NCBI GenBank assembly: GCA_965153285.1
Contig: OZ229112.1
Strand: one strand, 5' to 3'
From: Podarcis tiliguerta
Taxonomy: Eukaryota
DNA length: 64,000 nt
The notes under the pieces are model-generated. The model saw only the letters and a list, made by a program, of their open reading frames with translations, was not told the DNA's origin and did not search any database. Of this stretch, positions 50,990 to 64,000 are shown in pieces (position 1 is the first letter of the stretch; each line of letters begins with the position of its first letter). The translations under genes and the position numbers were made by a program.

Positions 50990-53900
50990 CTCATTTTATG
51001 GGTGTGCCAGATATTTAGTTGATAAAGCATACATTAACACTTGTGTCTTTCTCCACAGTTTTCATCTGATTGTTTTGTTCACAATCTTTAATTCTTGCTC
51101 TACAGAGTATGGAATCATAAAGGAAGAAAACTTTAACTACCAGCCATTTTATTTGCTAGAGCTGCTTATTTTTAAATCCAGGTGGCTTTCCACACATATG
51201 CTGCACAAAGTATCATTCAAAAGAAAAGCAACCCAGAAATATCTGCCTCTTAGCTCCTTGATCTTGGTTTCTCATTAAGCAGTCCACTCTCTAAGCTACT
51301 TGAAGAGATTTTATGCTAATTTCCATATATTATGGTTCTTACCTTTGAACAGAAATGTTTGGGAAAAGGAGAAATCCAATATTGGGAAGGACTAGGTATT
51401 GTGTGGGGCCAGTGGATGCCTTACTGTTGCAATACAGACTTGTGAATCTTATGGATGATGCCATCGGGAGGTCAAACATTTCCATTTCAAGGATAATCTG
51501 GAGATGGAGGCTTGCAAAATAACAAATATCCTATTCCAGAAAGTGATTGTGAGGAGGAAAAAGTCAAGTGGAAGCAGAAGCTGAATAGTGGGCACCTCCA
51601 GACTGCCAGTATTTTGCTGGAGGGAATCAAGCATTTATATATCTTCATATATAATAAGATTATAATAATGTTGTCACACTGCAGTTTGCATAGTCCTGAT
51701 AGGTGGCCACACAAATTGCACCTTGACAGCAGCGCAGCCGGTGGTTGGTCCAGAGAGACGAGTGAGCAGCCCAGGCAAGCTGCAGGGGGACAACCAGGAG
51801 AGACGGTGACAGCTCTCCAGTAACTGTATATACATTCAGTTTTTCTCTATCTTATCTTTCTTCACGGTATAGGTGTGTATATTGTATCTGAGAAGCAAGC
51901 AGATGCCCTTGGCACTTATTGCCTTGTAGGATCTTGCTCCAAAGAAGCAAACCAGAGCATTCAAAGGGACTTCTTCTAACCCACCGGCATCAGCTTGACA
52001 CTCCTTATTTCCTTGGACATCACCCAACAGGTAAATCTAGTTTTGAACATGCCAAGATATAAAATTACTAACAAGAGTTTAAACCAACCACAGCCTCCTT
52101 CCCCCCACCCTGAATTGGAATATAATGAGCAATTGTGGCTTCTTGAAAAGTTGAAATTTATCTTATTTAAATGCTGTTGGTTTCAGTGACAGAATTATGG
52201 GATTTAAAAGTGGCTGGATTATACCCAAACCTTCCTGTGGTTTTGCATGTAAATTCGATTGGAGCACTCTTGTGCTTGTACAGCAGATTAGTGCAGAAGT
52301 GTGAGCACTTAATGTGAGCTGTTCACTCAGTGAGAGCAGCAGGTATGCTTTCCTGCCTTTTGTTTTTCTTGACCTGCTGACACACAGATTTTGTCTATTT
52401 CTTATGCCTTTCAACTTGCAGTCTCCTAGGAACAAACATAATGCACACATATGCAAGAAACAAAAACAGGTGTTGTTTTCGCCACCTTTTATCAAAGCTT
52501 TGTAAACGCCTATTTGCTGCAGCTATTACCAGTTTCCTGCGTTTCCTTTTAATTTAGAAAAGAAATTCTTAGAAATTTGCATTTTCTGAATCTTTGCTAA
52601 TTGACCAGAAGCCATTGACCTTTCTAGCAAGCAAACTAAGACAAGGAGTCACTGGCCCTGAATGAGTACTATAAAAACTGTGTTTCACTTTTTGAAATAA
52701 TGGTTGTTGTTTTTTTAATTTATACAGCATATAAGCCTTGGTAAGTTTCATAGGCAAAAGCAGACAGGCCTGTGCTCCCCAAGAGTTTACAGTCTCAGTT
52801 AGATGGTAGGGAAATGATGGGAATAGGAAGAAGAAACAATGCTAGCAAGAGACGAATGTGGGAAAATGCCATGTCACATTATTTAATAAGTTAGGAATGA
52901 GGATCAAGTCAAAGGTGAGTTTTGAGGGATGGTTTTAGAGCGGGGGCAACACACATTTGGGGGTGTTCCATAACTCCCATAGTTCCATAGCAGCAAGGGA
53001 GAATCCTGCTAGAGTTATGTTAAAGGACCAGAGACCTTTGTGAGGTTCAGATGCCAATCTTATACATTTGTGGGATAAACCCGACTGAACTCAATCAGAC
53101 TTACTTCTGAATAGGCATACATAGGATTGTACTGTGAGGATGCAGAGTTGAAGAAATGGGGGTCATGGGTGGGGATATCATGACAAACAAAGACTGAAAA
53201 ATAGGACTCCATTTCATACTGCAAGTGGGCCTGCCCATGTAAAAAGCTCCTTGCTTCTGGAAAGCTAGCAAATCAGGGAGAAGGCTGTGTCTCCCAAAAA
53301 GGCAACTTTGAGTGAATGACTAAAGTATTTTAAGAAGAAAAGTAATAAGCAAGAATGCCAAATTATTAATGCTATGCCTCTGATGTTAGTCATCCTCAAT
53401 GAAATTTGTGAACTGCATTACATCAACCAGTTCAGTATGCAACTGGGAATATTGAATTTTGTGATTCTCTAATATTTCTTTAATATTTGACTGTTTCTGA
53501 GAGTGATGCTTTGACTAAATTCGCAGACTGTTAACATCTACACAGAAAGTTAATTACCCGATCTTTTAATGACATTCAGCGCAGCTTTATTACTCTAAGG
53601 AACAGGTTCCCATGGAAGGAAATGCTATTAGCTCCTCAGGGCACAATATGTAATTCTATCTGTGTTCCATCATTCAACGTCACTTGCATGGAGAAATTGA
53701 TTTGTAGTTATGGTTCATCAAAACTATATCCATTATCTAGTTACAAGTGTGAACGTAATTTCATCCTCTGGTGCCAAAATGCTCATATTTACAGTATGTC
53801 TCCAAAAGATATTTGACATCTAAGAGTTTGTCCTGTATTATGTCTTTCAGCCAGATCTGAACCATGTTTACATAAGAAGTAAGCCCCACTTACTGTCATA

Positions 53901-54426
53901 CTTAATTTGCTTACTTTGGATTTCATAGGCCTTTACTATTTTATGAATTTGAGAGGATTCATTCCCCTGCCTGAGATGAATCAGGTATAGTGTGTAGAAG
54001 CTGTTTGGATTTTATAGGAATTGTGAAACTAATTATGCAACCGATAAAAGCAATTTAGAGTGACAGCCTAAAAGTCTTTCCTTACCCTGTTTGCTGAAAC
54101 CGCCTAGCCCATCCAATAACTGTTCAAGAGCACTGTCATGGCACTTATGACCTGGGGGGCGGGGGTGGGGGGTAGGGAGAGTGGACAGTGTGCCGGGAGT
54201 GGCTGCTAACAGTTGAGTACTGTTGTGCTCATGTCCTGATTTCAGGCATCCCATAGGCATTTGTTGGCCACTGTGAGAAGAGGATGCTGGACTAGATGGG
54301 CCTCTGGCCTGATGCAACAGGCTTTCTATGCTGTTGCACTTGTCCTCATTTGTGCACTTATGAAACACCTAAAGATTACTAGTGTCCTCTTTAAAATGTG
54401 GCACTGACAACCGGATGCAGCCTGTA

Positions 54427-54430
<4 letters not shown>

Positions 54431-54466
<36 letters not shown>
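54431..54466. repeat. (TG)n microsatellite
   Basis: Seen directly. Confidence 0.95.
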
Positions 54467-54469
<3 letters not shown>

Positions 54470-56264
54470 ATTTCATAAAATTTATACACTGCTTGATTCT
54501 AGGAAGGAGAAAAGCCTCAAGCGGCTTACAAAAAAGATAAAATAATAAAATTATCAGTAAGAAAAATTAACAACAATAATTTAAAACCAATGCATACAGA
54601 AGGTCATCAACTGCCCTCACAGTAATTGAATCACAAATCTGCAAGACTAGAATTTTTGGGACCCCAGAGATACACCCTGAACACAGTGGAACTATTACTT
54701 TTTACAACCTAGACACAGGTGTGAAGCTGCATCACACAAGTAGCTCATGTTCAGCTTGGGAACAACTTAGGGAGGGGTAGCCAATGTAGTGCCCTCCAGA
54801 TGTTGAGGACTACAACTTCCATCGTAGCTGAGCACTGAAATTGTAGACCACATCTGGAAGGCGCCATGTTGGCTTAGCCAGACTAAGTCATGTAAATACT
54901 TTTCATATGCAGTCAAGCCAGGTCTCCACAGGCTAATATTTGTGCTTTGTTTTTACCTAAATCCAGGTCTTTACCATTATCTTAATCGTTGGTTTTGGCC
55001 TAGTGTCCCAGCCTGTCAAGATCATTCTGAATCTTAATTCTGCTTCCTCTGATGTTGGCTATCCCTCCCAGCTTTGGGACATCTTCAAATCTGATAAGCC
55101 AACCTATGCCCCATCATAGAACAGACCTCCTGCCAGGTTGATGCAGAACCATCAATGAGCACTCACTGGATATGCTTTTCAACCAGATCTGGATCTACCT
55201 AGCGGTAGTATTAACAATAGCCCACATTTTATATTGTCAACCAATATATATTGAGGAGAGATCTCAGGGGGAAAGATCCTCATGGACATAAGTGGCTCAC
55301 TCCTTTTTACCCCAACCATACATAAAAGTCTTTGGAGAAACTGGACTGTTTCGGACCCTTTCAACTGAGGACTGAGACATTCAAGCCACTTATACCTCAA
55401 CCTATGGGGTCCATATGGTATACACTATACCTGCTCTTTAAAAAGAGAGACTGAGAACAAGGATTCCCAAGGTTCCTTCAGGAAGCTTTGTTGGGAAATA
55501 ACTCTCATATCAGGTACATGTTCTCCTGTGTCTGCAGCACTGAAGTGACCTCTCCGGGGCGCAAGCCTGGGTAGCGCAGTAGTATTCCCGACTATTCACG
55601 CATGATAATAATAGCAATACTAGTCAAACTCTTCTGCTTAAAGTCAACAGTTTTGCATTGATTTTACTTTTAAAAAATTAACATTTCATTAAAAATGCTC
55701 CAGTGTTCTTGTGACTCATCGTCTATGATTCAGAACTTCTCAGGCCATTTTGTAAAGGGCAGCATGCTAATGTCAGATTAAAAAGGAGGGGAGAAATCTA
55801 ATTTGGTGCTACTTCACAAGCACTGCTGCTAGATTTCTCCCCCCCTTACACACATCCCTCTTACTCATAGTCTTCTTCCCTCTTGAATAACATTGCTTCC
55901 TGTACTCCAAGTTTAAATACCAAGCAAAATTACTCTCAGGTTGGTGAATAGAAAGATGCTTACGGATTAGGTTAAAGAGTGCCAAAACTCAATCAGTCAG
56001 AAAGCTGCCTGGTGTTATATCCCCCTCTGTGTGAGCAATACTCAACAGCTTAGTCTCAGTTTCTCCATCTATAAAATAATAATAACAGTGGCTATTATTA
56101 TAAATAGTAATAACAAAAAGTCCATTTATATAGACTGTCTGAGTGCCCAAAAGCCTTCACATTTTTTTGTATGCTGTATGTTGTTTTTGTATTTTATACA
56201 GTAGTAACTAATAAGGTTTATCATTAATTTATCTCAGTAATCCTTATAACACCCCTGTAAGGTA

Positions 56265-56621
56265 GGACGCAGATGGCGCTGTGGTCTAAACCACTAAGCC
56301 TAGGGCTTGCCAATCAGAAGGTTGGCTGTTCAAATCCCCACGACGGGGTGAGCGCCCGTTGCTCGGTCCCAGCTCCTGGCAACCTGGCAGTTCGAAAGCA
56401 CATCAAAGTGCAAGTAGATCAATAGGTACCACTCCGGCAGGAAGGTAAGTGGTGTTTCCATGTGCTGCTCTGGTTTCTCCAGAAGTGGCTTAATCATGCT
56501 GACCACATGACCCGGAAGCTGTATGCCGGCTCCCTCAGCCAGTAAAGCGAGATGAGCGCCGCAACCCCAGTGCCGTTTGCGACTGGACTTAACTGTCAGG
56601 GGTCCTTTACCTTTACCTTTT
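56265..56621 (+). mobile_element. Sauria (Squam1) SINE
   Basis: Same body as the other copies; (ACCTTT)n tail; TAAGGTAGGAC duplicated at 56258-56268 and 56622-56632. Confidence 0.9.
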
Positions 56622-59043
56622 TAAGGTAGGACAATACTATAATCTGTAACACAGATGGAGGTCTTGGAATGAGGAACAGTGTCTTGCTTAACACTGTGCT
56701 CACATCAGAGGTATTAACTAAATGTTCATACTCTTGATCACTATGCTATACCCAGTGGTATAGTTTTTTTTTTTGGGGGGGGGGGACATAGCAGAGGTTG
56801 TCCCAAGCACAAAATTGTTAGAGGTGCAAAATTTCAACACCTGTGCTGCCACAATACAGCTGTGTACATCTATTGCTGGGATCTGTTGAAAACGGCTTCT
56901 TCATGTGAAACAAGAAGTGACCTCTCCAAACAACCGAACAACCCTTCTTTTTTTATTTCTGTGGCTGCAATCTCCTGGGTGACATCAAGCAGTTAAATGT
57001 GCATGCACACTCCATTCATTTCCCTCCCACCCACCTCACCTCTACACAGCCCCATGTGCTGGTGACCAGCTCTACACCATTGGCTATGCCAACTCTTATC
57101 TTCCTTACACCTTATCTACTTGACCAAATCCAAATCCTCTACTGATATTCAGCCCAGAAGAAAGAAAATGCTGTGATTCTGGGAACAGGCTTGGATTCAG
57201 GTTCCATTGCAACCATGGGCTCACAGCAACTTGGCCGAAGCCTCACAAGCTGCCAGACTAGTTTTTCATCTGATGAGATGAGGATAGAAATCTAACTGAC
57301 ATGCTTGTTGTGCAGGGGTAGCACGATGGACTGGATCATGACCCCCCAGCTCTTCCATGAATGGAAAAACTCTTCCGTTCACAGAAGGAGCTGAAATCCA
57401 ACTGAGGCTCCCCACTGGAGGAAGGGAGAGGAAGTGATTTTTGCTCATTTTCTTTGCAGCTACCTACATGGGCTTTCGTGCAGCTGTAGAGGGTCCTGCA
57501 ACTCTCTGGAACAAAATTTCAGGAGCTTGCCAAGGGGGAGGGGAAAACCAGTGAAAATCTTCTCTCATCCATTCCTGCACAATTTCAAAACATACTTATA
57601 TAAATGACTGATAGGAAGGATATGTGTTGTCACTAGTAGTGAACAACATAACAGTTACTAAGGTTTTGCTTCTTACAGATGTAGATATAAACGATTAGAC
57701 TGTTTCTGGACTTGAAAGCTTTCTGTTTCACCATCTCCTCTGACTCACTGGCTGGTGATTTTATTTCGTATTGAACACTAGTCAATAAATTCACTTATAG
57801 TTCTTTCCATGTCCCTAAAGAGGAATTTTGAGAAAATGAGGGTTGAAGGTTCCATATGTCTAAGCTGCAGTGGCTGGTTAAAGTGATTTCCATTGAAAAG
57901 TTAGTTGATTTGCTTGGGCTTAAATTCAGGTTAGGGTATATTTTTCTTCTGTTTCAAAGTCTATTAAATTGCCTTCATTATGTTTCCGCAGCCAGCACAG
58001 CTGTCTTTTACTACTGAGCTTTTCCATCTTTTATTAATTATGCACTCAGACATATGAACAGACCATTTGTAAATGATGAACATTCCAGATCTGGTATTGT
58101 ATAAACTTGCACACTTTATATTGCAACAGACATGTGCCCTTCAGATGAGGTTGAGGTATTTGTAAACCAATTGTTGAAAAAGGTTATGAGTCCTTTTTCT
58201 TTTTTGAAAACAGAAATTGCAGCATTACAATTATTATGAAGGCTGCACGTGATCACATGGCCTACAGGGTAAGCACAATTATCACCTGATACTTTGGTGG
58301 TTTGTAGCGTCTGTCACATACTAGCTCTCCTCCTTGAAAACCTCTTCCAGTGATTTCAACCAGCTGTTGTCAATAACGGCTTATCACATGACCCTTTTAC
58401 AGTTATATAAGGAATATTTAAAGGCCACACCTCTTACCATGTGAGCCTGCCCAGTCTCTCAGAGGTCTTGTTGGATGCCCATAGCCATCTAAGGTTCAGC
58501 TGGTGAGAATGAGGTAGGGCCTTCATGTTGTTGTTCTGGAATATCTTGCCCGTGGAGATCCTCTTTGGTCCTTCTTGTTGAGACTGAATACCTTTTTGTT
58601 CCAGTAGGTCATCCTCTTGCCAGCAGTGTAATTTACAATGCAACCCAGTGGGGTAGCAGAGGGGGGAGTTGGGAGGATATCTCCAGGACTATTCTTCTCA
58701 GAGCAGGACTGATGATGCAAATGGACTCACTTCCTCCTCCCTTAACATCCCTTGTCACACCATGTGATATCTAGATCTCAACCAACTTATTGCTTGGTTT
58801 GCCCATTCACCATTCCAGCTGCAGCAGACAGTAGTGACCCATATGGGAAATGAACACAAAAGAAGCCTGTCTGTGGCTTGGTGATGGCTGCTGTAGCCCA
58901 CTTTAAAATCCTTGCAAATGGAAATGCACTTTAATGAACAGCATATCTTCCAAAAGTAACCATTGGAGATGGTTTTCTCCAGGGTGGTACATGGGATACT
59001 AGCCAATGTTAGTCATACTTAGAACAATCTCATGGAAATCCGT

Positions 59044-59162
59044 GGGTGGTATTCAACTAGGTTTTACTCAGAATACACCCACTGAAATTAATGAACATGT
59101 CTGAATTAGATCCATTAATTTCAATGGGCCGCCTCTGAGTAAAGCTGAGTTGACTACCACCC
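59044..59162. mobile_element. Palindromic MITE (hairpin)
   Basis: GGGTGGTATTCAACT..TTACTCAGA..CCCACTGAAATTAATG / CATTAATTTCAATGGG..TCTGAGTAA..AGTTGACTACCACCC. Confidence 0.75.
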
Positions 59163-60554
59163 ATTGGACCTAAATAACAAGTTCATTGTTTTAAATGGTG
59201 TCTTCTAAGACATAGTTGGATGTTGCCTATAGGCTTTAGAGTTCCTTGCAGTAAGAGGCTTGGTTTCCCTCCTCCTCCCTCTTTTCTGCTGGCAACTAAA
59301 AACATTACCTGAACTGGTATTTGCTTAGTTTACTTTCTGAAATTTGGTCTCCCCCTAAGTTCTATTATAGGTGATGGAATATTGTTCCTGCTGCAATGTG
59401 CTCCATTTTAATTGTTTTTTATACAGTTAGTTGCTTTAGTTTAGTTTAGGTTTTTTAGTCACATTGGAGGTCACAGTTTTAGGACCAAAAAGTGAGAGAC
59501 AATTATTTGAATAAATAGAATAAAATATTCATACTGTAGTTTTCCTGGCTCCCACCCACCCACCCAAACACAGCATAAATAAACACAGCAGGTGCCCAAA
59601 CAAGTTCCTACACCAGTTTCCCAGAGAAATGCACAAAATAGCTATATGCAGAAAGACCGTTTACTTTTTGCAAGCAGCAGTAGCAACTGTGGCCCAGGGG
59701 AGGTGAAGAAGATGATGTCCACATGACCAGCTAATGTTGCTGTTGGCCTCGACTGGTTGCAGGGGTGGGTGGGATTTCCTGCCAACCTTCAAATTCAGAT
59801 GGGCGGTGCTCTGGCAGCAGATGTGACAGAGCCAGTCTTCACTCGGGTCCACCGCCACAGCATAAAAGCCGTATGCGCTGCAAGATTTTTTGCCCCAGTC
59901 TGCATCACTTTTTACTTACATTTGTGGGCACAGCTGCAACCAAGTTGCTTTTCTTTAAATGGACAAGAGGTGATTTGCAGTGGGGGGTGGGGAGCAGGTT
60001 GAGTGCCAAAGTTTTACAAAATGCAGACTATACATGCATGAAGACAGAACATTTCTCACCATATAACAGTGTAGGGAACCCCTCGCTTAGTTTTGAGCCC
60101 TGTGGATCTTTGGAAAGGGGCTTACTTGTTATAAAGCACTATTTATGGCATCTTTTCCATTTGAATGTGGATGAGTCTTCTGATTTGTGGGAATCTACCA
60201 GTCAAATGAACCCTAGCATCCTAAAAAATATACATCAGATGGAATAAGCCAAGGGGATGAATTTTAATTTTCTGAAATACTAGGATTTCTTTGCTAAAAT
60301 GATAGAGGTGGAGCGGAGAGTAGTTGTCAAAGAAATAAATTATTTAACTCTCAGTTATGAATCCAATCCATAGGGAGGCAAATATTTTTAGCTACTGCCT
60401 TTTTACATGCACTGGTAACTGACAGCAGCCAGATCCTGTAATTAACTAACCTATTAAATATTAATTTTTCAGTAAAATAGTAGTATAGAAAATGATGATG
60501 ATGGTTTAATGTTGGGTGGCAAGAGGGGAGAAACCCAGGGAATGGAAGGGCTGC

Positions 60555-61086
60555 TGTTATGAGCTTGTGGGGAGGGGAGGAAGTAAACTGTGTGTAAGAT
60601 CCTTCTAACTCCTGGATCCAGCAAGTCTTAGAATATAAACCAGGCTAGCTTCCTGTCTTGAGTTGATAGCCTGGTTGATGGGCCATTAAGAGAACAAAGG
60701 TAAGGGGCCTCTGGGTGAGATAGCAAATGTTTGGAGTCCCTCTCTCAACTCAGAGACAGAGGGACAAAGCTTGAAGTTAGAGTTGAAAATTTGCAGTGAA
60801 GTGACCTAGAGGTAAAGCAGCAAGCTGGAGAGAGAGTCAGAGCAATGGTTGATTTCTGTTTGAATCCAAGGCCATGACTATGGGAGAACCAAGACCCTTT
60901 GGGGTGATAATACTGCAAACCCCTCCACCACTTGCTCAGTTTGTATATATGTGAAAATAAAGCCTATACCATAAAGACACCACAGTCTCCTCTGTGCCTT
61001 ATTCCCAAAAGGAAACACGAGCCCCAGGTAAGTGCCTGGAACCCCTGAAATCCTGCACTGCTCAGAGATTGGGGTGGCGTGCAACA
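60555..61086 (+). mobile_element. Solo LTR
   Basis: TGTT...AACA termini; TSD GCTGC/GCTAC; TATAAA 60634-60639; AATAAA 60956-60961. Confidence 0.75.
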
Positions 61087-61627
61087 GCTACCTTTATATA
61101 CATTTTCCTTCCTGCACTCAAGAGATGCAAATGAAGATTAAGATGTTCGTGCTCTTATAATTACAGTAGACAAGTGAGAGTAGAAAATAAGATTCAAAGA
61201 CGAATTGGGAATACAGGCAAGATGTCTGAATTTTTTTTCTTTCAGTTCTAAAACTAGAGCACTTTGAGGTGTAAACAAGAAGCTAGATTGCCGGGGCATC
61301 ACTGTGCCTGCACATATAGACACCCTTTACCATGCCATATATATATACTTTAACTGAGCCAGGGGCATATGCACATACACACACATGTGTAGGTTTGTGG
61401 TAGAGCTTTCTGCATTGTCCTTGCTGGATGGAGAGCTGCATATATAAATTGATGCTGGCTGCACGATTCCTGATCAAGTAATTGGAGCTGCACCTGCATG
61501 ACACTGTTAAAATAAAAATGCAGCCCCCACCAACCACCTTTCTGGAAGAGAGTGGGAAAGAGGCTAGATTTTGCTTCTTCCTCCCCACCCATCCCCTGAT
61601 CTGATATCACAGAATCATAGAATTATA

Positions 61628-61872
61628 GAAGAAGAAGAGGAGTTTGGATTTGATATCTCGCTTTATCACTACCCTATGGAGTCTCAAAGCGGCTAACATT
61701 CTCCTTTCCCTTCCTCCCCCACAACAAACACTCTGGGGGTGAGTGAGGCTGAGAGACTTCAGAGAAGTGTGACTAGCCCAAGGTCACCCAGCAGCTGGAT
61801 GTGGAGGAGCAGAGACACAAACCCGGTGCACCAGATTACAAGATTACAGATTACTCTTAACCACTACACCAC
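61628..61872 (-). mobile_element. MIR-like/CORE SINE inserted into a CR1-type 3' end
   Basis: CCCCCACAACAAACACTCTG...GAGGCTGAGAGA...GTGACTAGCCCAAGGTCACCCAGCAGC...CTCTTAACCACTACACC; flanked by CATAGAAT and AGTCCAACCCC. Confidence 0.7.
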
Positions 61873-64000
61873 TCTTGAGGACCATCAAGTCCAACCCCAT
61901 TTTACTGGACTTTTCTTTGATGGGTAAAGTTTTCCATATATGAAGAGAGACATACACCTTGGGATGTGGGGGCAGACCTCGGCCTTGGTCTTTTATGCCC
62001 AAAGACCCCTATTCAGACAATATCAGAAACATACAGTTCTGATGCCTCGCCTACTTTACCTGGCATTTCTCCAGGGGCACCGGTGGGGTGAGAGTAGGCC
62101 TCTCCTCCTACTCTCAAGGTTCAAGTCTTGATCTCTCCAAACACCATGCCCAAATCCAGTGATCGCAAGGACAAGAAAACTCCCACTGAAGAGTGAGCCC
62201 CTGCTGACTTTACTGTTCGAACCCACAAAAAGATGGTGTTGCTACATTTCTACAGGATCCAGCTGTCAACGTTTCCCTTTTTTAAAGGGAAATTCCCTTA
62301 TTCTGAATAGGATTCCTCGCAAGAAAAGGGAAAAGTTGACAGCTATGGATGAAGAAGTTGCCAAAATAGAAATGACCAAAAAGAAACAGAACGAGAGCCA
62401 GCTGTTTTCAAACTATGATGTGTGTGCACATCCCCATATGCTGATTCAGAGAAAGATGATGAGCTGGGAAGCCCAAACTTCTCTCCTTTCATGCACCTAC
62501 TTCACCTGGGACATCAGAGACTGCTATAGTCAGGGTGCGGGGAAATCCTAGTGAGTGTAGAGTAGCATCCAAAGTAACATTCTTTTTCATGTGAATTTTG
62601 CTCATAACCAGGGTCATTGAAAGCTTCCACTACAACATATGGATTGGCTTTCCTGATTCAGCTATATGAAGCTAGTTTGTCTGGATGTGTACTTCCAACA
62701 GTTCCTGGCTTGCAGTACACTCTGTTCTGGAACTAGTATGTTGATGCATAGGAGGTGCCTTCCAGCTCTATTCTTCTCAGGGTAACATTTATGTGTCTTC
62801 ATCATTTGTTGACTGCAATATCAACAATGAGCAATGACCAGACCCAAAACTGTAGAGTCATTGCTCAATATTGGGAGACTCAGGTTCAATCCAGGAAGCT
62901 GAGTGCAAACAAAATCGTGGTAAGAGAAAATGCCTCCCTTGCAGTATTAACTGTCTGAAATAAACTGAAGACCAGATTTGCATATTACATAACTCAAGGC
63001 CCAATCAAAGCCTATTCCCCTTTTGCTAACTGTCATGATGGGGGAAATAGTGCAGGAATAAGAACTGTGCATTTACGTAAAATCATTAACATTCTTTTGA
63101 TTTTTTTCTGAAGGCAACTTAACGTTATTGAAATACAGATCTGGCCTAATTTCCCAGCTGAAAATAAAAAGCCTTGGAGTATTATAGAGAACTCACACAT
63201 TTTGAAAAGCAAACTACTTTTAAAAAAAGAAGAGAGTTGTTGCTAAATATATATATACCACAATGTTAAAGTTAAAAGTGATGGAACTGGACCCGCAGTT
63301 TGCTCCTCATTCCATGAGGGAAGCTCCGCTCTGGATACTCTGGCTGGTAAAAACAGGGAACCATTGGGGCCAATTTCAGTTTTCCCCTGCCACCGCCATG
63401 CCGCTTCTTACACTGTTCCAGAGCCTCCTCCAACCTTCTGGTGCAGATTTGGGGGGGGGGGGTATATGGGGCTGCAGTTGGAGGGAGAAATCATCAAAAC
63501 CCATCTCCCCCCAAATAGGGCTCCTCCACAGAAGATCAGAAATCTTCTGTAGACAAAAGAAACTCTTCTGTTTGTGGGAGGCATATTGCCGATGCAACTC
63601 AGAAACAGAATATTTTGAAAGTCAGCACTAGATATCTTATTTAGTTCGTTAGGAGTAAGTGTAATGTGTGTGATTTTGCATGCATTTCAATGAATGGTTA
63701 TTTATACTAACCACACTGCAGAAGTCTCCCCTCTATATTGTGGTGGAGCAGGAAGTGATTCAACTGGCAAGCACAGCTAGAATAATTTCTGGCTATTCCA
63801 AGGATCAGCTTGCAGGTCAAGGTCATGTTGTAACAAACATGTTATTCAGAAACTCTCTAAGGTGAGGCTTTTTCTTCATGATGCTCTGAAGTCAAAGTGC
63901 AACAGTGACATACTGCTTAATTATAGCATAGTGTGAGATCTTTATGGCTTTTAATACCTGAAAATGTCATTATCCACATTTATAGAGAAAGGAAGGTGGA

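Noticed and set aside
55090-55400. Possible L1/Tx1 ORF2 C-terminal relics (also ~2370-2540 and ~30430-30520)
   Set aside because: Too degraded to support boundaries or family assignment by eye
57269-57305. CTGATGAG...GAAA hammerhead-like core (also at ~13798)
   Set aside because: No stem II or stem I pairing can be formed
58434-58643. Minus-strand ORF ending at a donor-like ATG|GTAAGA
   Set aside because: No recognisable protein, and the plus strand resembles a decayed L2 3' region
59765-60247. 160-aa ORF, and the 163-aa ORF at 43578-44069
   Set aside because: Non-ATG starts, no domain similarity and no splice support; the second is antisense to a solo LTR
23000-64000. VIP/PHI exons expected downstream by synteny
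   Set aside because: I found no HSDAVFTDNY- or HADG-like coding sequence on either strand; the gene probably lies beyond the window

Overview
Vertebrate genomic DNA. The repeat landscape (Sauria/Squam1 SINEs, CR1 and L2 ends, Tigger-like and hAT MITEs, Penelope) points to a squamate, most likely a lacertid lizard; this is an inference. Two complete + strand genes can be reconstructed exon by exon from GT-AG sites and translation. MTRF1L (mitochondrial release factor mtRF1a) has 7 coding exons at 4617-10833, 409 aa, with PKT and GGQ motifs. FBXO5/Emi1 has 4 coding exons at 17673-21732, 390 aa, with the DSGYSS degron, F-box, D-box, zinc-binding region and RL tail. Each gene has its own CpG-island promoter. 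The AT-rich first ~2 kb is probably the end of the RGS17 3' UTR (synteny inference only). From ~23 kb to 64 kb I find no protein-coding exons, only transposable-element debris and candidate enhancers. Most notable observations: (1) a Penelope-type insertion with a 12-bp target-site duplication carrying a complete minimal type I hammerhead ribozyme motif inside a 60-bp-arm hairpin (50778-50989); (2) a strong out-of-frame competing 3' splice site with a perfect TACTAAC branch point before an FBXO5 exon; (3) a dual CCAAT/CHR plus intronic E2F regulatory architecture at FBXO5; (4) three solo LTRs, two with promoter-like motifs. I did not find a wholly new multi-gene system.
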